From NCBI GenBank assembly GCA_013416795.1, contig RQSC01000029.1, positions 291,248 to 355,247 on the forward strand: a DNA stretch of 64,000 bases, given 5' to 3'. Within the stretch, counting starts at the first letter, position 1. Each line of letters begins with the position of its first letter. This document shows positions 18,644 through 29,341 of the stretch, piece after piece. The notes beneath the pieces are model-generated. The model saw only the letters and a program-made list of their open reading frames with translations. It did no database searches and was not told the DNA's origin. The position numbers were made by a program, and so were the translations under genes. The DNA is from Prasinococcaceae sp. CCMP 1430 (lineage: Eukaryota; Plantae; Prasinodermophyta).

Positions 18644-20466
18644 TCACCTGGGCGGCATCGCGCCGTGCTCGGGCTCGGAGTCGCGAGACACGCTGGGGCT
18701 GACCCTGGGCGGCACCTGCAGCACCGCACGCCCCGACCCGAGGCTCGGCGTCCTCGGCGGCGAGGTGTGCTCTTTCGGCATCAGCGGGGTGGCCTCGTAT
18801 ACCTCCGCGAGCACGTTGAGGATCTCGCGAAACGCGGGGCGCGCCTTGGGATTGACGTTCACGCAGCGGTCGATGAGCGACTGCAGGCGCGGGTCGGCGC
18901 CCTCGGAGAGCACGAGCATCGGCGGCGCCGAGCCGAACGCGATGGCAGCCGCCACCTGCACGGGGTCCATGTTGGAGAAAGGCCGCTGGTTCTCCATGAT
19001 CTCCCACAGGCAGATGCCAAAAGCGAAAGCGTCGACCGTGTGGTCGTAGGCCTCGCCGCGCAGCACCTCCGGCGCAGCGTAGTGCGGGGTGCCGACGCTG
19101 CCGCGGCTCGCGGCCGAGACGCGGTCCGCCTTGAGGATGCGACTCAATCCGAAATCACAGACTTTCACTGACATGTCGGAGGTCACCAACAGGTTCGCCG
19201 GCTTCAGATCCCTGTGGATGATGGGGGGGTCGTGTTCGTGCAGGAAGGTCATGCCGCGCGCTGCCTGCACGGCCAGCCGCAGGCGTTGTCGCGTGTTCAG
19301 CGGCACGCCTCCCTTGCTGTGCAGCAGCTTGTCGAGCGAGCCCCTCGGGCAGTATTCCATGACCAAGGACACGTCCGGCGGCTGCAGGCAGACCCCCATG
19401 AAGAGCACCACATTTGGGTGACGCAGCGACGCCAGCACCGCCGCCTCGCGCTCGAACGCCGACACGTCGATCTCCCCCGCCTCGTCGAGCCACAGTTTCT
19501 TTAGGGCCACGTCGGTACCCTTCCACTTGCCGCGCATCACCTCACCGAACCCCCCGCGCCCGATGCGCCCCACCACCTCGACGTCCTCGGACAGGATCGC
19601 CAGGCTCGCGCCCGAGGCAATGCCCTCGAGCCGAGTGAGGGTGTCACTCGCGCGCAGGTCGCGTTCGCCCGCGTTGGCGCCGCCGGGAGCCCCGTGCGAG
19701 GTCTGGCTGGCACCCCTGCCGCCCCCACCGCTCGACCCAGCCGCCGCGCTGCCGCGGCTGCTCGCTGATCCGCCGCTGTTCAGCACGCGGCGCGTGCCGT
19801 CGCTGCCGCTGCTCAGGAGCTCGGCCTCCGCCTCGGCCTCGGCCAGGGCGGCCTCCTCCGCGACGCGGGTGGCACCCTCCACCAGCTCTTCCTCGGTGCC
19901 GTGCCACCGAGACAGCAGGTCGTTGTAGCTCACCACGCCGGCCATCTTGTACCTGTTTTTCGTCGCCGTCACGAAGAACCTACGAATGCCCAGCGCGTCG
20001 AGCAGGTACGCGCACTGGAAGACGCTCGCGTCCTCCGCGATCGTGAGCACCGGGCAGGTCATGATCTCCCCCGCCTCGACGTCGGACGGCGTCTTGGACG
20101 CGTCCAGCACCTTTGACTGCACGTCGCTCTGCGTGATGATCCCCGGCATGCAATGCTCGCACGTCACGAGCACCGACGAGACGCCCTTCTTGCGCATGAG
20201 CGAAATCGCGCTCTCGACGCTGTCCGTCGCGTCGACGCCAACCACGGGCGTGCTCATGCACACGTGCACGCGGTCGCGCGGCGCGGTCCCATCGCCATTC
20301 CCATCGCCCGCCTGCGCGCCTCCGCGCCCGCGCGCGTCCGCCGTCGGCGTTATCTGCCTGGGCAGCGCGCACGCGTACGCGTCCTCCCGCGCGCGCTCCT
20401 TCGCCTGCGCGTCCTTGCCACCGGGCGCTCGCCGGCGCGTGCGCTGCCGCGTGCCTGCGAGCAGCG
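18644..20466 (-). CDS. CBS-domain pair fused to a Raf-like (TKL) protein kinase; frame stays open into the N-gap at 20467-20526
   Basis: CBS pair (MSTPVVGVDATDSVESAISLMRKKGVSSVLV...GIITQSD...IMTCPV...GIRR...GVVSYNDLL). Kinase motifs: GRGGFG, VALK, HRDLKPAN, DFGLS, GTPHYAAPE. Confidence 0.88.
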
Positions 20467-20706
20467 NNNNNNNNNNNNNNNNNNNNNNNNNNNNNNNNNN
20501 NNNNNNNNNNNNNNNNNNNNNNNNNCTCCCGCCCGAGGCGCCGCCCGCCTCGCGCGCGCGCTGTGCGCGCGTGCCGCGCGCGCGCCCTCAAAAACCCGCG
20601 CAAGAAAAAAGAAAGAAAAAAAGAAAAAGAAAAAAGCGACGATGGAAAAGAACGACGGCCCCATCCCAAACGTCGCATCGAACCGCTGCGGTGGGAAGCT
20701 GCCGAG

Positions 20707-20868
20707 GATTTTGATTTTTGATTTTTGATTTTTGATTTTGGTTTTGATTTTGCTTTTGGTTTTGATGGTGGTTTTTTGATGCCGCGGCGGCGGGCGACGC
20801 CGCGAACGCACACTGTACTGTGCCTTCGATTTTGACTTCGATTTTGATTTTGATTTTGATTTTGATTT
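20707..20868. repeat. Degenerate (GATTTT)n microsatellite in two blocks
   Basis: Read directly from the intergenic sequence. Confidence 0.9.
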
Positions 20869-21204
20869 AATTGCTAAAAAAAACGCGCGCCCGGCCGCGC
20901 GCGCAGTGACCGGTGCGCGCGGGCGCGGCGCGAACCCAAACCTCATCCGCGACTTTTTTGGGAGGAGGTCGCACGCGCCTCCTCAAAAAGGGTTTGAATC
21001 CGCGCCCGCGCATTCTGATCTGCCCATATCAAAACACGCGTTTGGAGTCTCCCGTGAGCACAAGTGATATGCATGCAAATGTGAAGTGTTCGTGAGGGAC
21101 GTGCGCGCGCGCGTGCAACGGTTGCGGGGTCGCCGCGGCGTCGTTCGAACGGGTGGGCGGTTCCCCCGCAGTGTGCGTGGGTGTGCGGCTCCTGCCCCCC
21201 CCCC

Positions 21205-24200
21205 ATGATCGGATCGCATGGCCTCTCGGCGCCGTCGGGCGGCGGCGGCGGCGCGGAGCGCGAGCCGGGCGTGGGGGCCTCGGCCGTGGGCATCGACGTC
21301 AAGGTGATGAACGACGGGGTCGACCGGCTGGCACTGTCGGCGAGCGCCTTGCCCGCCGGCGCAGCAGCTCCTGACAGGGGAGACTGGGCGGTGGGCGTGC
21401 TCCATGGCAGCAGCGCGAGCGCGGCCGCGCGCGGCGCGCGCGGCACCCATGGCGGCGCCAGCGGCGGCGCTGAGGCGGCCAGCCCAGTGCTTGGTGAGGC
21501 GCCCGTCGCGACAGTGGACTTCGCCAGCGCCGCCGTGGAGGGGCGCGCGACGTCCACCGACAGCACACAGGACAGCGTGCTGCTGGGTTTCATGGCCATG
21601 CGAGCACGCCGACGTGCGGCGGCGACCGGTGGCGGAGCGCGCTCGGCGCACGGCGCGCTAGCCACCACCGAGCTCAGCGCGCTCGCCGCCGATGAGCTCC
21701 GCCTCCTCAAGCATGCGCACGGCGCGGAAACCGCCACTGCCGGTGAGATGGAGGTTGGACCCGAAGAGGACGAGCTTTCCACCCCCGCCGTCGACCGCGA
21801 GTGGGGCGATGCGCACATGTGGGGCGACAAGGAGACCATCGAGTCGGTGGTCGGCAGGCGAGCGCACGGCGTCGACCTGGGGCCCAAGCGCTTCCTCCCC
21901 GGCGTGAGCGGCTTGGACGTGACGGAGAGGTACACGCAGCACGAGAGGGAGGCCGTGCGCGCCGTTGGTGACCACATGCACAGCAAGGCGCGCGAGGGGC
22001 TGCTCAAGAATGTCGACGCGGAGCGGCGAGCGGCGCTGCGCGAGGCGGGCGTCGCGCGCTACGGTCTGCAGGCGAGCGAGCGCGACGAGGTGGTCGTCGG
22101 CGAGGCCGTTGGTGCAGACGACTTCGAGCTCCCCGAAGTTCCCATCGCGATCGCCACGGCGAAGCTCGCGGCGGCCAAAACTCGCAAGGGCACTTCCTTC
22201 GACGCCCACAAGCTGCCGCGCGTCGATGCGCGTGGCGACATCGACCGGGTAGTTGGCCAGGGCTACGCGGGCTTGGGGGCGGAGGGAGAGTGGGAGAGTG
22301 GCGCCGACGCGTACGCGACGCCCCCTGACGAGGCAAAGACCAGTCTGCTGCTGCGGCGCGCATCGCATTGGGCTGACATGTGGAAGCTGCCCGCGAAGGA
22401 GGCGGTGGACGCAGCGGAGCGCGCCGCGCAGCGGCGCCTCGGCGGGGGAGGCGACGGGCCGGGAGGGGTGGAGGAGGCGGCGGCGGCGCACCCCGCGTGG
22501 ACAGAGCAGCCGCCGGGCGTCGGCGCGAACGCGGGTGTGGCAGGGGTCGAAGCAATCCTCGATGCGCTCGACGTGGAGCGCGATGCGGCACTCGAGAGCG
22601 CCGCTGCCGCCGGTCGCACACCTGCCCGCACGCCGAACACGCCAGGCGCGCCGGGATCCGGCGGGAGCGCTCGCCACCACAGGCGTGGTGCTGTGGCACC
22701 TTTCCCAGAGGGCGTCCCTGGCACAACCAACACGGCGGTCATGGCACAGGCATTTCGCGCTCAGAGATTCATCCCAGGCGCCGGTGGTGGCATGCGCGTG
22801 CTCGCCAAGGCAACCAAGGCACGCTTCCCGCGACTCGGCACGCTGGGAGAGCATCACTTGGTGCTGCGCAACGCGCTGGTGGCCCTGCCCGGCGGGTCGG
22901 TCGCCGCACCCGGCGCGGGCCAGGTGGATGGTACTGCTGTAGAATACGTCGAGGGCGTCGCGGTGCAGAAGGGACCGCCGCCACATCTCGCTCCCTTCAT
23001 GTGGCCGCGCCGTGCGCAGCTGCCCATCGGCTGTCGAGTGGACCAGGTCAGCGTTGGAAACGACCACGTTGTTGCGCGCGTCTCGGGTTCGCGGTTGGAG
23101 CCGCCTCGCGAAGAATTCGCGAGCGCGAGTCGCGAGACACCCGCCGCGGGCCTCGGGAGCGCCGTTGATGGGGCTTCAGGTGCGCCTCCCAAGGAGGTTG
23201 CACCGCCTGGCCCCGACCACGGGCTTATGGTTGACCGAAGTGTAGGAATCTCGCACGCGCACGGGTCAGCGTTGTTTTCTTGGGGAGAGAGGTGCGACTG
23301 CGCATGCGTGCGCCCCGCCGCACGCGCGCGGGCGCGGCGGGCGGCCAGGTGCGTTAAGGTGCGTGCCGCAGCGGCTGCAGTGTCCGGCGCTGACAGGAGA
23401 AATGCGATAGGTACGACGGTCTCGTGGTGAGTATGGGGTCCGGGAGGCATGGGCAGACGGGGCAGCAGCACACACGCGACACGCACGCCCCTGAGCTTTT
23501 AGAAACACTCACAGAGGCGGACGTGCGTGCGTTGGACTGCGGCGACGAGCACACGTGCGTGGTGACTGCCACTGGAGACGTGGCGGCATTCGGCCGTGGC
23601 GACGGCCTGCGGTTGGGCACAGGCGAGGAACAGAGTTCTAGCGTTCCCCGCGTGGTCTTCTGGGTAGGGCAGGGTACTCACAAGATCAAGGCCGTGGCCG
23701 CAGGGGGTGCGCACACGCTCCTCCTCACCGAGGCGCAGAATGTGCTGGCGTTTGGCTCGAATGGCGATGGGCAGCTGGGCATTGGCACCACACGCGCCTC
23801 TGCCAAGCCTGTGGAGGTGCGGACGGTGCGCAGCTTGCGGGTGACTGCGATCGCGTGTGGCTCCCGTCACTCGTTGGCAATCACGAGGGAGGGGCTGCTC
23901 TATGCCTTCGGGAACAACGACGCAGGGCAGCTTGGGCTTGGCTCCGCCGGCGACGCCATGCTCTACCAGGCCGACCGCGAGTATGAAAGCGACGAAGAGG
24001 ACCACGAGGAGCTCGCGCGTCGGATTGCCGAGGACCTTGCGCGACATGAGCGTGACGCGCAGCGAGTGCTCAGCGCTGGAGATGACCTTGGCGACGAAGA
24101 CTACGAGGGGACAGACACCGACGCAGCTCTCCGTAGCCGGGTGACGGACGGCGGCAGCGAGGCCGGCGAGATGGGCGAGGGCCCATTCTGGCGGCCCGCG

Positions 24201-26110
24201 CCCTCCCAGAAACTCCCGTGCCGCGTGCGCCACCCAGAGTGGCGGGGTGGCGACAGCGGCACTGAGCAGTTTGTGAGCGAGTCTGCCGCAGCGGCATCTT
24301 CGGCCAGCCTCGCAATGGGAGACACGGGCGCTGCTGTGATGGCTGTATCCGCTGGCGAGATGCACTCGGTGGTGCTCACTTCGTCAGGCGCAGTGTATAC
24401 CTTCGGCGCCGGCGACCGCGGCCAGTTGGGTCATGGGGATGCCATGGATCGCCACTGGCCATGCTGCGTGGAACGCCTGAGCGGCGGGCGTGGTGGGCAG
24501 CGTGTGGTCATTCAGCAGGTGGCGGCAGGCGCCGCACACACCGTCGCTCTGTCGAAGCTCGGCCTGGTGTACACGTGGGGCGCCGGCGAGCTCGCGCAGC
24601 TTGCCAACGGCGTGCTCGATGACGTGCACCAACCCGAGGTCGTTCGCGCGCTAAGCACCGTGCGTGTCGGCCAAGTGGCAGCAGGCGGCGGCTGCACGGC
24701 CTTCGTGCTCCGGCACGACGGCTCGCTGTGGACGGCGGGCTCTACGGCGTACGGGCGGCCGGGAGAACGCAACCCGACGCGGCTGGCGGTGCTCATGCGC
24801 CGACAGCTCAACAGGCGAGACCAGAAGAAGGTGCTGGTGATGTTGAGCACTATTGACATGCTCACGCCTCACGAGATGCGCTTCACAGACCTAGAGCAGC
24901 AGACTATCCTCTATGGACCTTTCGGAGAGGAGGTGCTCGCGCACTTGCTCGACGCGCTGCTGCAGCGCATGCTCGCGCACCCCGTCTTCCTGCACATGCT
25001 GGTGAGGTTTGTCAAGAGCGTCGCGGACCACGCGTTGGGCATCTGCAAGTACTCGTTCCGAAGGCTGCTGGTGGATGCCATCGAGCACACCGGCGTGCAT
25101 CTGTTGAAGGAGCAGCGCGACGACATAGAGATCATCCGCGAGCGAAAGGCAAACATTTGCAAGCAAAACTCGCATGAAAACGGCGGCAGTGGAACCACCA
25201 CCTCCGCAGCCACGCCTAGCGCCAGCGTGATGGCATCCACGTCGCCAATGACGTACTTCGGCCACGTCCACGATAAGGACAGCTTCGAGCGCTACACTAG
25301 ATGGCGCATCCGCGCCCGCTCGCTTGGACGTTTCGTGCAGGAGGCCGCCCGCGCCCACATGCTCGACGGGACTGACATGGCGGACATCGAGGCAGCGTGC
25401 CCCGGCTCGCTGCACTCCCTGCACATCACCGACTCGGCAATGGCAGAGACGAAACTCGATCTCTTCCGCACCCTCGTTTGGCGCACAACGGCGGGCCAAG
25501 GCGGCGAGGGCCACAGTGGACGTAGCGGCGGGTCCCAGGTCACGGGTGCGCGCGGAGGCGCTGGAGCCAACGACGGCACTGCGGGTGCAACAGCGAGCTT
25601 GCTGTCCGGCACACGCGTGTACACACGCGCGTCGGAGGACACCGCCTATTCGGGCTTCGTTCCGGGCCTCGAGGGGTCCGAGGAGGGCATCGCCGAGGTG
25701 GAGAGCTGGAGGGCGCACCTCCAGCGGCGCGCAGTTGAGCGCGAGCAGCTCGTGGGGTTGCGCGGCCTGTCATCGCTCGCAGTCGAGCAGGCGGAGCGAG
25801 CGCAGCGCGAGCGTGTGGAGGCACTTAAGCGCGAGGCGGAGGCGTATGCGCCGGGGAAGACAGGCGCGCTGGGCACCGGCGCTGGCCCGCCGAGCGCGCA
25901 GGCGCCCAAGGTACATCCGCATGAGCAGGCACCTGAGGGTGCGGACGCGGTCACCGCACGGGGCGGCTTCAGGGAGGGCGCGCCGCCGGGGCCGAAGGTC
26001 GCAGTTCGCGGCGTTGGGACGATAGACACGGACGGCGCCATGAGGAGGCTGGCGGACGGGGCGAGGAGTATCGAACCGAGCATGTTGGCGGAGGTGCGCG
26101 CGCGCGCGCG

Positions 26111-26147
<37 letters not shown>

Positions 26148-26749
26148 GCCTGTCTGTGTGTGTGTGTGTATCCTACATGTACATAAATGCGAGAGGCTGA
26201 GCCGCACGCGCAAGTGCTTGCTCTCGCACCCCTGGTGCGTGCTGCGTGCGTGCGCCATTGGCTGACCCCACCGTGCGCACGCGCCGCGCCGTGCCTGCGC
26301 CGCAGATGCCGCTCGTTGAGAGGCCGAAGACGGGGCCCAGCACGCCCCTCAACGCGTTGGTCGACATTAGCCGCGAGGAGGCCGCCTGGGTCGACCAGAT
26401 GGCAAAGTTGGGATCCATCGCCGAGGGGGACGAGCGCCTGCACACGGACGGCAGCGGCATCCACGAGTGTACTGCTCCGGCCCCGCGCGAGCGCAGCGGC
26501 AGTGAGCAGTCCGTCCCGCCGATGAGCAACATCTTCGCGCCCATGCAAGCGGGCACCACCAAGGGCGCGGGTGCCGCGCACGCGCCCGCGGCCAGCTCCA
26601 GCGCCAGCGAAGATATCAACATCACGTCCGAGCGCGCCGATTTCCTGGCCGAGTGCGCGCGCATGCGCCAGGTGGCCGCCAAGTACGCCGAGCCGCCGCC
26701 GAGGCCCCTGCGGGGAGTGGAGAACGGCGTGAGGCCAGGGCGGAACTAG
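21205..26749 (+). CDS. Large RCC1-repeat protein with a downstream MIF4G-like helical domain. Exons approximately 21205-about 23290, 23397-26093, 26306-26749; first donor uncertain
   Basis: Several RCC1 repeats (CGDEHT, AGGAHT...FGSNGDGQLG, CGSRHS...FGNNDAGQLG, AGEMHS...FGAGDRGQLG, AGAAHT). The intron 26094-26305 is GT-AG and contains a (TCTG)n/(TG)n microsatellite. Confidence 0.75.
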
Positions 26750-26910
26750 CTTTTGCCGTCACGGCATCGCTAGCCGCGGAGGATCGCAGTAATGCAGGTG
26801 CACAGTTGTACGCGCGGGCGGTGGCACGCTGCGCGCGCATGCGCGTATGTGTCTGTGCCCGCGCGCGCACGCGCGTGTGTGCGTTCGCCCCTCGCCTCGC
26901 GCGATGCGCG

Positions 26911-27843
26911 CTATCGGGCGCCGGCGTCGCCGTCGCCAGTGGCTTCGACGAGCTCCGAGTCTAGCAGCGAGAGCACCGCCATGTGGCCCGGCGCGTGTGT
27001 AATCGCCAACGGCACGGCGTCGCCGGCCGCCTCGAGCGCGCACTGCGTGCTCACGCCGCACGCCCAGAAGACGGGTACCTCGCCCTCCCTGACGTCCACC
27101 GCGTTGCCAAAGTCCGGCTCGTTCATGGGCGTGGCGATGCCCAGCGCGGCGACGCCGTCCTCGCCCCACGCGAGCGGCGCGCCGTGGGCACCCGGGTAGC
27201 GGCCGGTGATCTCGCACACGCGCGGGATGTCTGCCGGCGCGTACGGCCGCATAGACACCACGAGGTTGCCGCGGAAGGGTCCGGCGGGCTCGTTGGGCAC
27301 CGCTGTGCGGTACATGGGCACGTTGCGTCCGAGCTCGACGTGGCGTGGCACGAGGCCGGCCTCGGCGAGCGCGGCCTCCCACGAAAACGAGCAACCGAGC
27401 GCAAAGGCGACCATGTCGCCGCTGGCAAGCTCGGCAACGTCCGTGGCCTCGCGTTCGGGCTCTCCGTCTTTCCACACGATGTAGCGAGGCAGGTCGGTGA
27501 AGACGTCGCAGCCGGGCGCAGCGAGCGGAAGCGAGCGACACCCAGGCGAGCCCACATCGAGCAGAGGCGCCTGGCGAGGGTTGCGCAGGGCGAAGCATAG
27601 GAAATCGAACGCGTGCGCCGCGGGGAGCACGACCAAGTTTGCCTGCGCGAGACCTGGCGCGGCTCCGGGCGTCGGTGCGTCAAAGCGGCCCTCACGACAT
27701 CCGCGCCAGAACACCGCAGCCTGCGCGCGGCAGGCGCCGCCACCGGCGCCGGCGCCGGCGTCATCGTGAGTGCTGGTTGGCGCGACGAACGTTGGTGGGA
27801 GACCCGTGCGCAGCGCGCGCGGAAGTGGCTGCTGCGGCGGCAT
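26911..27843 (-). CDS. DUF1445/UPF0317 putative hydro-lyase (D-glutamate cyclase-related), intronless
   Basis: QANLVVLP, DFLCFALRNP, TDLPRY, LGCSFSWE, NVPMYRT, LVVSMRP, HGAP and PVFWACGV motifs. The start codon is uncertain. Confidence 0.85.
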   Translation of the reverse strand: MPPQQPLPRALRTGLPPTFVAPTSTHDDAGAGAGGGACRAQAAVFWRGCREGRFDAPTPGAAPGLAQANLVVLPAAHAFDFLCFALRNPRQAPLLDVGSPGCRSLPLAAPGCDVFTDLPRYIVWKDGEPEREATDVAELASGDMVAFALGCSFSWEAALAEAGLVPRHVELGRNVPMYRTAVPNEPAGPFRGNLVVSMRPYAPADIPRVCEITGRYPGAHGAPLAWGEDGVAALGIATPMNEPDFGNAVDVREGEVPVFWACGVSTQCALEAAGDAVPLAITHAPGHMAVLSLLDSELVEATGDGDAGAR

Positions 27844-27962
27844 CGGCGGCTCGCCAGCGAGGTGAAGCGCGCCGCGCGGCGTGTGGCGCACTGCGTGTGC
27901 GCACGCATACACAGGCAACCTCTCGTGCACGTGTGAACGCCACAGTGCGCGCACGCGCGCAC

Positions 27963-28985
27963 ATGGAGGCGGCGGCAGGATGTGGCAGCGGAAGTGATGA
28001 GTGGGAGGTCGCGGGAGGCCGCCGGCGCGCCCGCACGCGGCGCGGTGGCGGTGGTGACGGCGACGTTGACGGCGGTGACGGGCTGCGGCGCTTGCTCGCG
28101 CGCGGCGGTGCACGGCTGCGCGCGGACCTTGCGGCCGTTGCCGCGGGCGCGCGGCCGGCGATGCTGCTCGACTATGCTGGAGCGCCGACGGCGGCGGTCG
28201 CAGTAGCCCTCGATGCCGCGTGTGCTCCCCATGGCCCACGTGTGCGCGCTTGGCTGCTTGCTGACGGCTTTCTGTACGTCGTCAACTCGACAACCGTGCG
28301 TGCTATGGGCGCGTGCGCATCAGGGGCTCACCCGCTGCCTAGACTCATCGTGCTCGACGGGCGCAGCGACGCTACCGATGAGGACAATGGCGCAGGCGAC
28401 GGCAATGGCGGCAGCAGCGGCGGTGGTCGAGTCGGTGGCATCGGTGCCGCGCCTCGGTGGGGCACAGAGCACGAGCAGGCCGCGCTGCGTGCACTCGTCT
28501 GCGAGGTGTGCATTGCGGGCGAGGAGGCGGCGGGCGAGGGCGAGGGCAAGGATGAGGGCGCCTTTGGTGAGACGCCGCGGTCAGTGGTCGACCTGCGCGT
28601 GCGCGCGGCGAGCGCATGTGCTCGCGCAGCGCTCGCGCTGCCGTGCCTCAGCGGCGCACTGCTTGGCTACCCGGTGACGTACGCGTTCTCGCCGACCGAA
28701 GCAGGCGCAGCCGCCGCGGGCAGGGCGCTTGGCGGCAGTGGCAGCGCGCTTACGCTCTTCGAGGCGCACGCGAGGAGTGAAAGCGCGCGCAGCAGCACCT
28801 TCGCCGCGCACGAGACACCGGAGCCCATCGCGGCCTTCACCGTGCCCTCGGCGCTCTGCCCGCTCGGCGCGCGCGAGGGATGGGCGCGCGCTTGGGGCGA
28901 GCGCCTCGGAGGCTTCAACGGCCGCCTGTGGGAGCGCGCGGTGCTCGTCGCCGCTGCTGCGCCGTCGCAGCGGCTCGTGCTCTGA
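27963..28985 (+). CDS. DUF4504 / C1orf74-like protein of unknown function
   Basis: DLAAVAAGARPAMLLDY, LSGALLGYPVTY and FTVP motifs recalled for this family. It starts about 120 bp from the divergent DUF1445 gene. Confidence 0.6.
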   Translation: MEAAAGCGSGSDEWEVAGGRRRARTRRGGGGDGDVDGGDGLRRLLARGGARLRADLAAVAAGARPAMLLDYAGAPTAAVAVALDAACAPHGPRVRAWLLADGFLYVVNSTTVRAMGACASGAHPLPRLIVLDGRSDATDEDNGAGDGNGGSSGGGRVGGIGAAPRWGTEHEQAALRALVCEVCIAGEEAAGEGEGKDEGAFGETPRSVVDLRVRAASACARAALALPCLSGALLGYPVTYAFSPTEAGAAAAGRALGGSGSALTLFEAHARSESARSSTFAAHETPEPIAAFTVPSALCPLGAREGWARAWGERLGGFNGRLWERAVLVAAAAPSQRLVL

Positions 28986-29341
28986 GGGAGGGGAAGGGCA
29001 GAGGAGGGGGGCGTGCCTCAGGCTTGGCCCTGCTGCCACGCTCCTCGCGTTGTAGCATGTGTGCTGTACTGTGCGATTTTGGTAAACGATTTCTGTCAAC
29101 GACGTGCGCAAGCACGTACACACGCACGGTTCTCGCGTGCACAAGCACGAACGCGACTGCGCGAGCGAGCGCGCGCTCGAGGCGCTGCTTTCCAAGGGGC
29201 GGCGACACCCCCAGCGCCGGCAGGAGCGCCATCAACTGCTTCTCGACAGAAGGTGATTTCAAACAGGCATTATACATGGGAGTAGAAGGGAGGGAAAGGG
29301 AGGGGAGGGGGAAAAGGGACGGGGTCCACCGCCCCCGCCCA

